Source: a virus. From it: 64,000 nucleotides of DNA. The translations under genes and the position numbers were made by a program. Positions within the stretch are counted from its first letter, which is position 1, and every line of letters starts with the position of its first letter. The DNA lies in IMG/VR virus record IMGVR_UViG_3300030419_007131, positions 1-64,000 of that record. The stretch is one strand, 5' to 3'. Below, one piece after another: positions 46,752-55,402 of this stretch. The notes beneath the pieces were generated by a model that was given only the letters and a program-made list of their open reading frames with translations, was not told the origin of the DNA and ran no database searches.

Positions 46752-49700
46752 TTAGCTACTCCCCCATGATATACTTAGGGCCGAGATATATCCAGTCCAC
46801 GCTGCGTCAGCGACTATTTTTATAACTATGTTCTCATTTTGCTCAACAGTTTGTGTAACAAAAGTGCCTTCATGAGTGTCACTATTGATCTCTAGACCGC
46901 CTGCCGGTGGCGTACCCACATATGCCCCATCAAAATCGCCCAGCTGTGCTGGGTCACTGGCAGTGGCAGAACCTAAATCAAGCCATCCAGTGGCCTTTCC
47001 AGTGGATGTGGTAGGCAATTTAACAAATACATGTATGTTAGTGCTAGACAATGCGGTTGTCGCCGGGACAATACGCGTTGAGGAGTCACCCGTAAACGTA
47101 AGTTCAAAGTTAGTCTGAGAAGCTGCACCAGTATTAGTAAAGTAACGGAAAAGTGTACGAACACCTGAGATTCCCGAATAATCAACATTTGAACTTGGAC
47201 CATTGGAGACGGCACTGAAGTCTCCGCTATTAGGTATATCACTATCAATTGGAGAATAGAGTCGCTGGTTGTAGTATAAAAGGCCATCATTAGTAAGCAA
47301 AGAGCTTGTCGAGTTCCATGCATTTGAAGAAGACGTTACGTCAGTTTGTGCAGCATAAGAAGACAGGCTTCCCGAGATCACACGATAATCTTCGCGCCTG
47401 AAGGTTTCACTAGTAGTGGTAGATGTGTTGGCTCTATTATATGCGAGAATACCACTGATCGACTGAGATCCTCCATTCGACAGATTAGACTTGAGAGGAT
47501 GAGCAACATTGACGCCAGCCGCAATAGAACTATCTAAGATCGAAGTGGTATCAATCGTAAGGCTGCCCGTCAATTGCAAAATCTTCGTTTCGTCTTCGCT
47601 CCCCACGCTAATGCTAGGCATCGCCTGTGACGGAATGGAACCATTTGTAACAGTATAGGAAATGTTCGTCGAAGTATAGACATTTCTATACGCGTTCGAC
47701 ACATCAGTTCTGTACTGAGCAGTGCCGGCAGTGTGATACTTGACTCCGGATATACGTGTATCACCGCTCATGGACAAGGTATCCAGCGCGCTGTTTGAGG
47801 CGGCCAGAGCATTACTATTAGAATCGTTAACCCAGGCAACAAAGTTAGTAGTGCGATCAAAGGTTGAAGAAGTATGAACCACACGCAAGTAGTTCCACCC
47901 TTCCCGCTGATCAGCTGCTACAACCTTGTATTTACCCGTACGATGTTGAAACAGATCCAATTCCGTTCCATCTGTAAACTCTGCTGACCCGGTTTGACTG
48001 AGATCATAAAAACCGGACCCATTGCCGTTTAGCTGAGTTCCAGTTCCAGAGCCGGGGACGCCGGTGCCGACTGCAGGGTCGGTCATGGAGGCAGTATGAA
48101 GCGTAGAACCGTTAACCTCTAATACTAAATTTCCAAGGTCAGCATCGCCAAATGAATTAGCTGGGTAGTTTACACCATCTGCAGAGACATCCTCGTTGAG
48201 GTCTCCGTTTATTACAGTACTACCATTGAAGGTGCCGCGTCGCAGGTTGTTGCTACTTGTAGAGGTGGAATACGTTCCGTTAATGTCAACGGCCGAGAAG
48301 CCGGCATCCGTGCCTACGTTGGTATAACCACTAATGGACTGTGAAGACCCAAAGGAAAGTTCCGCCGACGCGCCACTATCATTGCAATCAATGTCATCTA
48401 GATTAGGAGCGGGGCCTGGGGATAGAGCCTTTAAGATTTCATTGAATCGATCGACGGCTGTGCCGACTGGAGTGGTTACCGCAAAATCAGTAAAGAGACC
48501 ATCCGCATAAGAACTATCCTCGGCAGCTCCGATAGTTAAACCGGTCAATGCGTCGCCGCCGCCATGATAAGAGCTGGCTGACACTGTACTAGAAGCCGTG
48601 ATCCGGCCTGTTACGTTAAAGACAGATCCATCAAAAGCTAGGCCGGCGTTCGATATAACATCGTTGCTGTTCATGTATAAAATTTGATTATTGGAAAAAT
48701 CAGAACCCAGTAGTTCCATGCTATTAAAAGCCGCCGTATCGCCGTCAACCGCCGCGGAGCTTGATATAGCCCCACTGACTGTAAGCGTGCTCCCAAGAAT
48801 GGCTGCGCCGACGACCTCCAAAGTGCTAGAACCAGACATCGTTCCTACTACGCCGAAGTTGCTGCCATCAAAGGTGAGGCCCGCATTTGACGTAACGTCG
48901 TTGCTGGACATATATAAAATACGATTCGTTGCAAAGTCTCCCCCCATTAATTCCATGCTATCGAATGCCGCAGAACTCGCATCGACACTACTAGCACCGG
49001 ATATGGCCCCACTCACCGTTAAGGTGCTTCCTAACGTAGCGGCACCCACGACTTGCAACGTGCTAGAGCCCGACACTGTTCCCACCACAGCGAAGTTGCT
49101 GCCATCGAAAGTAAGGTTACTAGAGCCACCAAATGCGCCGGCGTTATTAAACTGTATCTGAGTGTTGGCGCCTCCGGGGCTTGTGGTTGCCCCGTCGCCT
49201 GGAGACAAGACAACGTTGTTGTTTACATCTAGTGACAAGTAGCTGCCCGGGCCCGCAAGAGTGCCACTAGCCACGCTTAGGTTTACTGCTGAAGCTGACA
49301 GGGTTGACACCTCTGCGAGAGAGCCAGTATAAGATCCCGTCAGCGTTGTGCCGTTAAAAGTTAAATTAGCAGAGCCGGCAAATGCACCCGCACTATTGTA
49401 CTGCAACTGAGTTGTAGCGCCGGCGGCTGATGTGGTGATGCCACTCAGATTAGAGCCGTCGCCATAAAATGCAGAAGCCGAGATATTAACCGAGGCCGAC
49501 ATAGAACCGCTTACTGAAACTTCGTGATCAGGTGCGGACGTACCTCCGATGGCCAGACTACTCGTTACATAAGCCTGACTTCCATTAATAGTGGTGAAGA
49601 TGCCTCCGACGCCACCCCCAGTCGAGGAGGTTACAATAAAGTTATTATTTGCATCCAAAGCTAGATAACTGCCGGGGCCTCCCATCGAGCCCGAAGTCGG

Positions 49701-51011
49701 TACCAGATTCATTAAAGATGCCGAAAGTGTTGTCAGTTCTCCAACCGACCCAGTATAGGACCCTGTGAGAGTGGTACCATTAAAAGTAAGATTAGAAGAT
49801 CCGGCAAAAGAGCCTGCGCTGTTAAACTGTATCTGCGTGGTGGCGCCGGCAGGCGAAGTTGTGATGCCGCTTAAATTTGATCCATCGCCGTAAAATGCAG
49901 AAGCCGATATATTCACCGATGCCGACACAGATCCGCTTACTGAAACCTGATGATCTGGGGCTGACGTACCTCCGATGGCTAAGCTGCTCGTTACATATGC
50001 TTGACTCCCATTAATGGTGGTGAAGATGCCATCGCCACCAACACTGGCTGCCGAGGAGGTGACAATAAAATTGTTGTTGGCATCAAGGGCTAGGTAGCTT
50101 GCGGGGCCACCCATGGAGCCCGAAGTTGGAACTAGGTTAAAAGCAGACGCCGACAAGATACCGGTTTGAACGCCCACAGAGGATGAAACAGTGCCCGAAA
50201 CATTCAGGGCGCTGCTTCCTGTTAAAAACACCACATTAGCACTGCCACTAAAACTACCGGCACCAACTTGAAACTGCAGCGAGCCAGTTGGGCCCACAGC
50301 ATTTTGCCCCGAAGCAGCGATTGTCAGGCTGCCACCAGCACCCCCATCGGTTAGGGTGATTCCCGTCCCGGCAGCGAGCTTTCGTTCATTAGGAAGCTGT
50401 GTATCGTTGGTAACAGTTATATAGGTCGCTGCCAGAGGCGGGTAAGGAGCAGCACGGGGAGCGGGGGCCGTGCCCTCTCCCGCCACAGTGGCGCGCTCCG
50501 TTGGTCGAGTAAGCGCAGGGGTCACCCTAAAGGCACCCTCTCTGGCACGAACGCACTCGGCACTTATCTGAAACTTATGTTCTACCTGGCCAAAATAGAA
50601 ACGCGTATCATTATAGGTTCGAACAATCTCATAAAACAAATCGCCGTACTGCACAAAATCGCCGACACGGACATACAAGTCCTGATCTTCTACTAGGCGC
50701 CGACGATTAAAATTAACTGTGAGTTTTGTTTGGTACTCATAACCATAACGATCGTTATTTTGTTCGTTTTCAACTTCAACAAATGCATATACGCGAATAG
50801 GGGGCAGAGAAACCTTTTCAACTGCCTCACCATATGTATCGTTAAAATTAGAATCTTTTATGCTTATGGGATAATAAGCAATAGGTTGCCCAATTACTCG
50901 TTCTGCAAGCTCATCATTGATTTGCTTAACAAGGTTGCGCTCTTTCTCTCCAAAGAACATTGGAGCCGGTGGCGCTGCGGGTCTTTCCCACTTATTTTTT
51001 GGGTTTGCCAT
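46752..51011 (-). CDS. gp14-like neck domain fused to a ~1250-aa fibre-like region
   Basis: First ~163 aa closely match the upstream 171-aa protein; the rest is S/G/T-rich with TQIQFN repeats. Confidence 0.7.
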   Translation of the reverse strand: MANPKNKWERPAAPPAPMFFGEKERNLVKQINDELAERVIGQPIAYYPISIKDSNFNDTYGEAVEKVSLPPIRVYAFVEVENEQNNDRYGYEYQTKLTVNFNRRRLVEDQDLYVRVGDFVQYGDLFYEIVRTYNDTRFYFGQVEHKFQISAECVRAREGAFRVTPALTRPTERATVAGEGTAPAPRAAPYPPLAATYITVTNDTQLPNERKLAAGTGITLTDGGAGGSLTIAASGQNAVGPTGSLQFQVGAGSFSGSANVVFLTGSSALNVSGTVSSSVGVQTGILSASAFNLVPTSGSMGGPASYLALDANNNFIVTSSAASVGGDGIFTTINGSQAYVTSSLAIGGTSAPDHQVSVSGSVSASVNISASAFYGDGSNLSGITTSPAGATTQIQFNSAGSFAGSSNLTFNGTTLTGSYTGSVGELTTLSASLMNLVPTSGSMGGPGSYLALDANNNFIVTSSTGGGVGGIFTTINGSQAYVTSSLAIGGTSAPDHEVSVSGSMSASVNISASAFYGDGSNLSGITTSAAGATTQLQYNSAGAFAGSANLTFNGTTLTGSYTGSLAEVSTLSASAVNLSVASGTLAGPGSYLSLDVNNNVVLSPGDGATTSPGGANTQIQFNNAGAFGGSSNLTFDGSNFAVVGTVSGSSTLQVVGAATLGSTLTVSGAISGASSVDASSAAFDSMELMGGDFATNRILYMSSNDVTSNAGLTFDGSNFGVVGTMSGSSTLEVVGAAILGSTLTVSGAISSSAAVDGDTAAFNSMELLGSDFSNNQILYMNSNDVISNAGLAFDGSVFNVTGRITASSTVSASSYHGGGDALTGLTIGAAEDSSYADGLFTDFAVTTPVGTAVDRFNEILKALSPGPAPNLDDIDCNDSGASAELSFGSSQSISGYTNVGTDAGFSAVDINGTYSTSTSSNNLRRGTFNGSTVINGDLNEDVSADGVNYPANSFGDADLGNLVLEVNGSTLHTASMTDPAVGTGVPGSGTGTQLNGNGSGFYDLSQTGSAEFTDGTELDLFQHRTGKYKVVAADQREGWNYLRVVHTSSTFDRTTNFVAWVNDSNSNALAASNSALDTLSMSGDTRISGVKYHTAGTAQYRTDVSNAYRNVYTSTNISYTVTNGSIPSQAMPSISVGSEDETKILQLTGSLTIDTTSILDSSIAAGVNVAHPLKSNLSNGGSQSISGILAYNRANTSTTTSETFRREDYRVISGSLSSYAAQTDVTSSSNAWNSTSSLLTNDGLLYYNQRLYSPIDSDIPNSGDFSAVSNGPSSNVDYSGISGVRTLFRYFTNTGAASQTNFELTFTGDSSTRIVPATTALSSTNIHVFVKLPTTSTGKATGWLDLGSATASDPAQLGDFDGAYVGTPPAGGLEINSDTHEGTFVTQTVEQNENIVIKIVADAAWTGYISALSISWGSS
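48690..50130. repeat. internal coding repeats (periods ~237 nt and ~426 nt)
   Basis: CGAAGTTGCTGCCATC at 48854 and 49091; TAAAATGCAGAAGCCGA at 49465 and 49891. Confidence 0.75.
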
Positions 51012-51025
51012 TCATTCGATCTCCG

Positions 51026-51541
51026 TCATTCATCCCGAGTAAGCTGACGCTTAACTCGAAATGATCCTTGGCGTGCACGAATGCATTCAGCACTCACCTG
51101 AAACTTGTGTTCCACTTGACCAAAATAGAACCTAGTATCATTATAGGTTTTAACTATTTCGTAAAAAAGATCACCATATTGAATAAAGTCCCCCACGCGT
51201 ACATAAAGGTCTTGATCATCAACAAGCCTTTTGCGATTAAAATTTACTGTGAGCTTTGATTGATACTCATAGCCATATCGCTCATTAGTTTGTTCACTGT
51301 CGACAATGACATATGCAAAAACGCGAATCGGTGGTAATGTAACCTTATCAATGGCCTCACCATATGTGGTGTTGAATTGTGTGTCTTTGACACTGATCGA
51401 ATAATATGCAACAGGCTGTCCCACCACCCTCTCGGATAGTTCATCATTAACTTGTTTTACCAAGTCGCGCTCTTTTTTACCAAAGAAAAGAGGAGGCGGA
51501 GGTGCATCTGGCTGGTCCCATTTATTTTTTGGATTTGCCAC
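51026..51541 (-). CDS. neck / head-closure protein (gp14-like)
   Basis: VAYY...YGE, YG....LTV.F, VGDFI.YG..FYEI, FYFGQ, AEC pattern; GTG start with GGAGG RBS. Confidence 0.65.
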   Translation of the reverse strand: MANPKNKWDQPDAPPPPLFFGKKERDLVKQVNDELSERVVGQPVAYYSISVKDTQFNTTYGEAIDKVTLPPIRVFAYVIVDSEQTNERYGYEYQSKLTVNFNRKRLVDDQDLYVRVGDFIQYGDLFYEIVKTYNDTRFYFGQVEHKFQVSAECIRARQGSFRVKRQLTRDE

Positions 51542-51579
51542 TCACGTACCCTCCGATAAAAGGATTTAGTATATCCTCC

Positions 51580-51978
51580 TTAGCCTACCACTGCGTGTAT
51601 AGACCCTGACCAATTAGATCCGGATGGTGATAAAGACGGATTATTAATGTAAGTCATGTCAATACCGGTCAGCCCCGCCATCACATCGACCAAGGTGCCG
51701 CCAGAAAGATATAGCTCGGTTACTTTAACCTTATAAATCTGACTTTCATCGGCGTCAAGAAGGATATAGTTATTCCCAACTACACCATTGGACGAAAAGC
51801 CAACCCTACAGTCAGCGGTACTGCCTATGTTGCTCACTATAACCCACTGAGTCACAGAGGGAAAACTTATTTTTATCGGTCCATGAACCGCGTTGATACC
51901 GCCGCTGACAAAAGGAATGCCAGACGATTGATACGCCGCCACACTTCCTAGTCCTGGTTTATAATTATAAGTCGCCAT
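51580..51978 (-). CDS. hypothetical virion protein
   Basis: 132 aa, beta-rich; GGAGA RBS; CTATTTA at 51997-52003. Confidence 0.55.
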   Translation of the reverse strand: MATYNYKPGLGSVAAYQSSGIPFVSGGINAVHGPIKISFPSVTQWVIVSNIGSTADCRVGFSSNGVVGNNYILLDADESQIYKVKVTELYLSGGTLVDVMAGLTGIDMTYINNPSLSPSGSNWSGSIHAVVG

Positions 51979-52019
51979 AGTTTTATCTCCGTCTAATAAA
52001 TAGCACAGTATAAACTGTT

Positions 52020-52241
52020 TTATCTAAACAATTTGTTATCCTTTTTTCTTTGAAGCTTTTGCGCTTCGCGTTTTGCTTTCTCTCTTTTCATTTTCCTGCG
52101 CACCGAGGGCTTAATAAAATGATCCGTGCGCGCTCTATAAGTTTCAATAACTTTAGCTTTTTTGCACTTTTTAATGAATCGCCTTATCAGTCTTTCTGAC
52201 GTTTCGCCTCGTCGCAAATCTACTCTGATGTTTGTGGCCAC
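52020..52241 (-). CDS. rpsU: phage-encoded ribosomal protein bS21
   Basis: V..R.GE..ERLIRRF.KK.....E...R..F.KPSV.RK.KR..A pattern; 73 aa, basic. Confidence 0.8.
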   Translation of the reverse strand: MATNIRVDLRRGETSERLIRRFIKKCKKAKVIETYRARTDHFIKPSVRRKMKREKAKREAQKLQRKKDNKLFR

Positions 52242-52248
52242 ACTGCAC

Positions 52249-52692
52249 CTACTTTCCTTCTTTTACGTCGCTCATGTGAGCATTCCAGTTTCTACCAACT
52301 GACCCAAATAGCTTGCCTATATCAACGCCCGGATCAGTGGGTGCTTGACCCGCAAGGGGAGCTGCCATTTGTTGTGGTGATGTTTCGGATGCCGCGGGCA
52401 TCGTTCCCTCAAAAAGGTCGACACCATTATAGGCGCTGGTTCCGATTGCTGACATAAGCTTGTTTTTGTGCTCTTGTAATTTCGTTTTTTGTTGGTTGTT
52501 AAACGCATTCTCAGTCATACGCGTGGCCACTGGGTCCGTCGCGACCGGGGCGGCGGTTTCGGTAACCGGATCAGCTATTCCACGCGCCACCTCTCTAACT
52601 ATCCCCGACAAAACCCCATCTTCAAGAATGGCCTCTTTGACACACTCTTTTATAAGGGGCTTCAGGATATTCTTTAGTTCTGCTTTTTTCAT
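52249..52692 (-). CDS. hypothetical head-associated protein
   Basis: MKKAELKNILKPLIKECVKEAILE N-terminus; next to the protease. Confidence 0.55.
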   Translation of the reverse strand: MKKAELKNILKPLIKECVKEAILEDGVLSGIVREVARGIADPVTETAAPVATDPVATRMTENAFNNQQKTKLQEHKNKLMSAIGTSAYNGVDLFEGTMPAASETSPQQMAAPLAGQAPTDPGVDIGKLFGSVGRNWNAHMSDVKEGK

Positions 52693-52704
52693 TTAAACCT
52701 CGTA

Positions 52705-53301
52705 TTATTCTAAAATACTATCGATCAAAGATATGATTCGATTATTTTTAAGTACTTCCTTATCTCTCAGCTTGCCTTCCTGCAGGGCCATAAATGCATT
52801 TGGCGTCGAAGGTTCTGACACAATGTCAAAACAAATTAACTGAAAATCATCTTCAACGATTGTCTTACCCATTTGCTCACGAACCGACCCCATTCCTCGC
52901 GACGAGATGCCAGTCTTAACTCCACACTCCACCAAAGATCGTAGAATCTGTCCCGAAGGGGTATTAAGAACCTTAATCTTTCCCATCACTGCGGGGCCTT
53001 CCATCCATACCTCGGTAACCATATGTGACACATTGGCAAGATTGATAATCGAAGAGTCCGGGTGGTCTAGTTCTCCCAAAGCACGGTTGTCTTCAACCAT
53101 TGCTGCGTACTTCGTAACTTCGCGTTCCATAATAGCATGCGGATAGATACGACCATTGCCGTTCTGAACGTCCGACTCTTGTAACTTGCCCGTAAGCATC
53201 ATGCCGCCCTCTTTTACAAATTTCTTTTCGGCTTCCGTCAGCAGGTCCTGACAGACACCACCTTCGCATAGTTCATAAAATTCTCGTAGTAGCTGTGCCA
53301 T
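52705..53301 (-). CDS. prohead maturation protease (T4 gp21-like)
   Basis: NGNGRIYP, ALGELDHP, VSH, GISSRGMGS, FDIVSEPSTPNA. Confidence 0.92.
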   Translation of the reverse strand: MAQLLREFYELCEGGVCQDLLTEAEKKFVKEGGMMLTGKLQESDVQNGNGRIYPHAIMEREVTKYAAMVEDNRALGELDHPDSSIINLANVSHMVTEVWMEGPAVMGKIKVLNTPSGQILRSLVECGVKTGISSRGMGSVREQMGKTIVEDDFQLICFDIVSEPSTPNAFMALQEGKLRDKEVLKNNRIISLIDSILE

Positions 53302-53304
53302 TGT

Positions 53305-53910
53305 TTATTCCTCGAAGCGGCTTACAGGAACCATCTCTGCCAGATCATTTAGCGTGGTCTGTATATTCTCGACCGAATTATTTATCTTGCGAAGTTCGGT
53401 CCAGATATCCACCCCCGCATCGATGTTGCTCGGTATAGCTCGGACAGGCTTTGAGGCACGGGCGAGGCTCTCGTTTATTGCGTCCACGGATGACTGGATC
53501 AATTCTATAGAGTCCGTCATGCCGCGTACCAAGTGTGGAGATGCTGCATCAAGTTTATGATCCAAATACGGAGTATCTAAATAGGGTGTGTGCCTCATCG
53601 GATGGTCGGGGTGCCCTTTCAGCGGTTTGCCGCGGCGGGCCTCTTCCAACGGGACTTCGTCTTCCGGGTCGGGGCCCATGGCCTGGTCAATAGCATCGCG
53701 TGCGGCAGCCATACCTGCGCCAAAAGCTTCTTCAGGTGAAAGTTGGCTGATGTCGTCAACGTGCACTTCCATACCGGGAGCACTAATATCAATTGCTTCG
53801 TCCCCTTCTTCGGCGTGAGGGCAGCCCTCCTCCAGCTCTTCGTCGTGATCTACTGTCTCGTGCAAGAAGTACCTGGGGTCTATTCTTTTTACATTTTTTC
53901 TGCGTGCCAT
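53305..53910 (-). CDS. hypothetical acidic protein (possible internal head protein)
   Basis: Start MARRK at 53910 with AAGGGA RBS; L-x-E sites. Confidence 0.55.
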   Translation of the reverse strand: MARRKNVKRIDPRYFLHETVDHDEELEEGCPHAEEGDEAIDISAPGMEVHVDDISQLSPEEAFGAGMAAARDAIDQAMGPDPEDEVPLEEARRGKPLKGHPDHPMRHTPYLDTPYLDHKLDAASPHLVRGMTDSIELIQSSVDAINESLARASKPVRAIPSNIDAGVDIWTELRKINNSVENIQTTLNDLAEMVPVSRFEE

Positions 53911-53935
53911 TGTTTTAATTCCCTTAAAGTTTAAC

Positions 53936-53955
53936 GTGGGGCCTTTCGGCCCCAC
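53936..53955 (-). other. GC-rich GAAA-tetraloop hairpin
   Basis: GTGGGGCC-GAAA-GGCCCCAC directly after a TAG; no U-tract. Confidence 0.7.
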
Positions 53956-54012
53956 CTAAAGTATGCTACCTGAGCAGCACCTACGAACTGGTTGGATCAT
54001 CCATTTTGTCAT
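53956..54012 (-). CDS. 18-aa small ORF MTKWMIQPVRRCCSGSIL
   Basis: Strong AAAGGAGGTG Shine-Dalgarno upstream of the ATG. Confidence 0.45.
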   Translation of the reverse strand: MTKWMIQPVRRCCSGSIL

Positions 54013-54328
54013 GATTCTCACCTCCTTTATGGACCACTCGGATCCCGTAATCCTCTACCAACATACTCAAAAAGTATGAGGTTCCAGCACTAATGCAACC
54101 GCACATAAACGCCGTCATGGGCTGATTGCTAAAACTAAATAGTTCTGTATAGGGACTTATGCCCCACAGAAACACGCCAACCCAAAATCCCATGCACAAA
54201 TGGCAGTGGAATAAACGGCCAAAGCCGCCCATTGATTTACAGGGTGGCCGGATCTTATTAAAAATGTGTCCGTGTATAATAATAAATGTCATGCCGTATG
54301 CGGCAAGTATAAAATGTAGTAATTCCAT
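53981..54328 (-). CDS. membrane protein with CxxC (DUF1360-like)
   Basis: Three hydrophobic segments; LFHCHLCMGFWVG motif. Confidence 0.6.
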   Translation of the reverse strand: MELLHFILAAYGMTFIIIHGHIFNKIRPPCKSMGGFGRLFHCHLCMGFWVGVFLWGISPYTELFSFSNQPMTAFMCGCISAGTSYFLSMLVEDYGIRVVHKGGENHDKMDDPTSS

Positions 54329-54341
54329 TAATCCTTCTTTC

Positions 54342-54896
54342 TTATTTAAAGTAACCGGTGCTTCCGAGGATCATGTGGTAATTTAGATCGACTGCGGTTG
54401 GGCTCGCAGGCTCCAAGTTTTTTGGCACCTCGGCATCTGCGGGATAAGCTGTTACGTACCCGGTATCGGGAAAAACAAAAAATACATAATCTGTTTTCCA
54501 AGATTTGGAAGAATCCGTGCCTTCTTTTTTATCCTTTTTTTGAATCCTAGACCCAAGGATGCCCCAGTTAGAAACCCCATTGGCATCCGTGAGACTTTCA
54601 CTTTCTTTGGCTTGATCAACTTGCACCGGAGTATTGTCTACCGGCGCATCTGATGCGTGAGCCGGCGGTGCCATGGCGCCCGTCGCAACACTTAAAGCAA
54701 CAGCAAGGGGAAGTGCTTTTTGTGTGACTTGCTTGCGAACCCAGGCCGCCTTTTTTGGCCCAACGAAGTTAACAATTCGATCCCACAGCTCGCCTTCGGT
54801 AATCTGTCCGGACTCATAAAGCAGACAAATATCCTGTGCTTCGGTTAAAAGTTGGTACTTTCTCCAGCCTTCCATCATCAGCTTCATCTCGGACAC
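54342..54896 (-). CDS. hypothetical protein, ENWRKF-leader family, with internal Sec-like signal
   Basis: MSEMKLMMEGWRKYQLLTE...KKAAWVRKQVTQKALPLAVALSVATGAMAPPAHA-SD. Confidence 0.6.
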   Translation of the reverse strand: MSEMKLMMEGWRKYQLLTEAQDICLLYESGQITEGELWDRIVNFVGPKKAAWVRKQVTQKALPLAVALSVATGAMAPPAHASDAPVDNTPVQVDQAKESESLTDANGVSNWGILGSRIQKKDKKEGTDSSKSWKTDYVFFVFPDTGYVTAYPADAEVPKNLEPASPTAVDLNYHMILGSTGYFK

Positions 54897-55402
54897 TAGT
54901 ATCGGTTCCTCAGTGGGTAGTAGTAGTAACCCGGTCGCATCGAGCCCTTCTCAGCAGACTGTGGAACTTCGCCGTACTCGGTGGAGTTGCGGTCGGATGG
55001 GTGGGTGTACATGTCTTCGAGTTCTTTCTCGTACTGATCGGCAATACGCTCATGCTGTGCTTCAGTAGTAATAAATTCTGATATAACATATACAGCAGCC
55101 TGGAGCGGATTAACTTGAGAGTTCTCATAAACCTCGCCCTCTAGAGAACGAAAAATATGACCTCCTTGGATACTCTGGCGATCCACAACTCCCCGATCGG
55201 ATAAAAGCTCCAGTAATCTATTTTGATATTCATAGACATCTTCGGTGGTAGTACTCTTGGGAAACGTACTAATTTTCATCTTTTCAGGACGCACCACAAT
55301 GTCAATTTTTTGGTGGTCCATGATCAACAAAGAGCCATCCAGCGCTTTGCGCGCATGCAGCTCAACAGTTGCCTGTGGACCGCCGATCTTAATCTTAATC
55401 AT
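54896..55402 (-). CDS. hypothetical protein
   Basis: Start MIKIK at 55402; overlaps both neighbours. Confidence 0.55.
   Translation of the reverse strand: MIKIKIGGPQATVELHARKALDGSLLIMDHQKIDIVVRPEKMKISTFPKSTTTEDVYEYQNRLLELLSDRGVVDRQSIQGGHIFRSLEGEVYENSQVNPLQAAVYVISEFITTEAQHERIADQYEKELEDMYTHPSDRNSTEYGEVPQSAEKGSMRPGYYYYPLRNRY

Noticed and set aside
44521-50130. Diversity-generating retroelement template/variable repeat pair
   Set aside because: Both copies are coding and in frame, differences are not adenine-specific, and no reverse transcriptase is in the window.
52020-52241. Assigning a Bacteroidota host from bS21 and the Hc1-like gene
   Set aside because: Many genes use strong Shine-Dalgarno sites, which Bacteroidota largely avoid; the host cannot be determined from this window.
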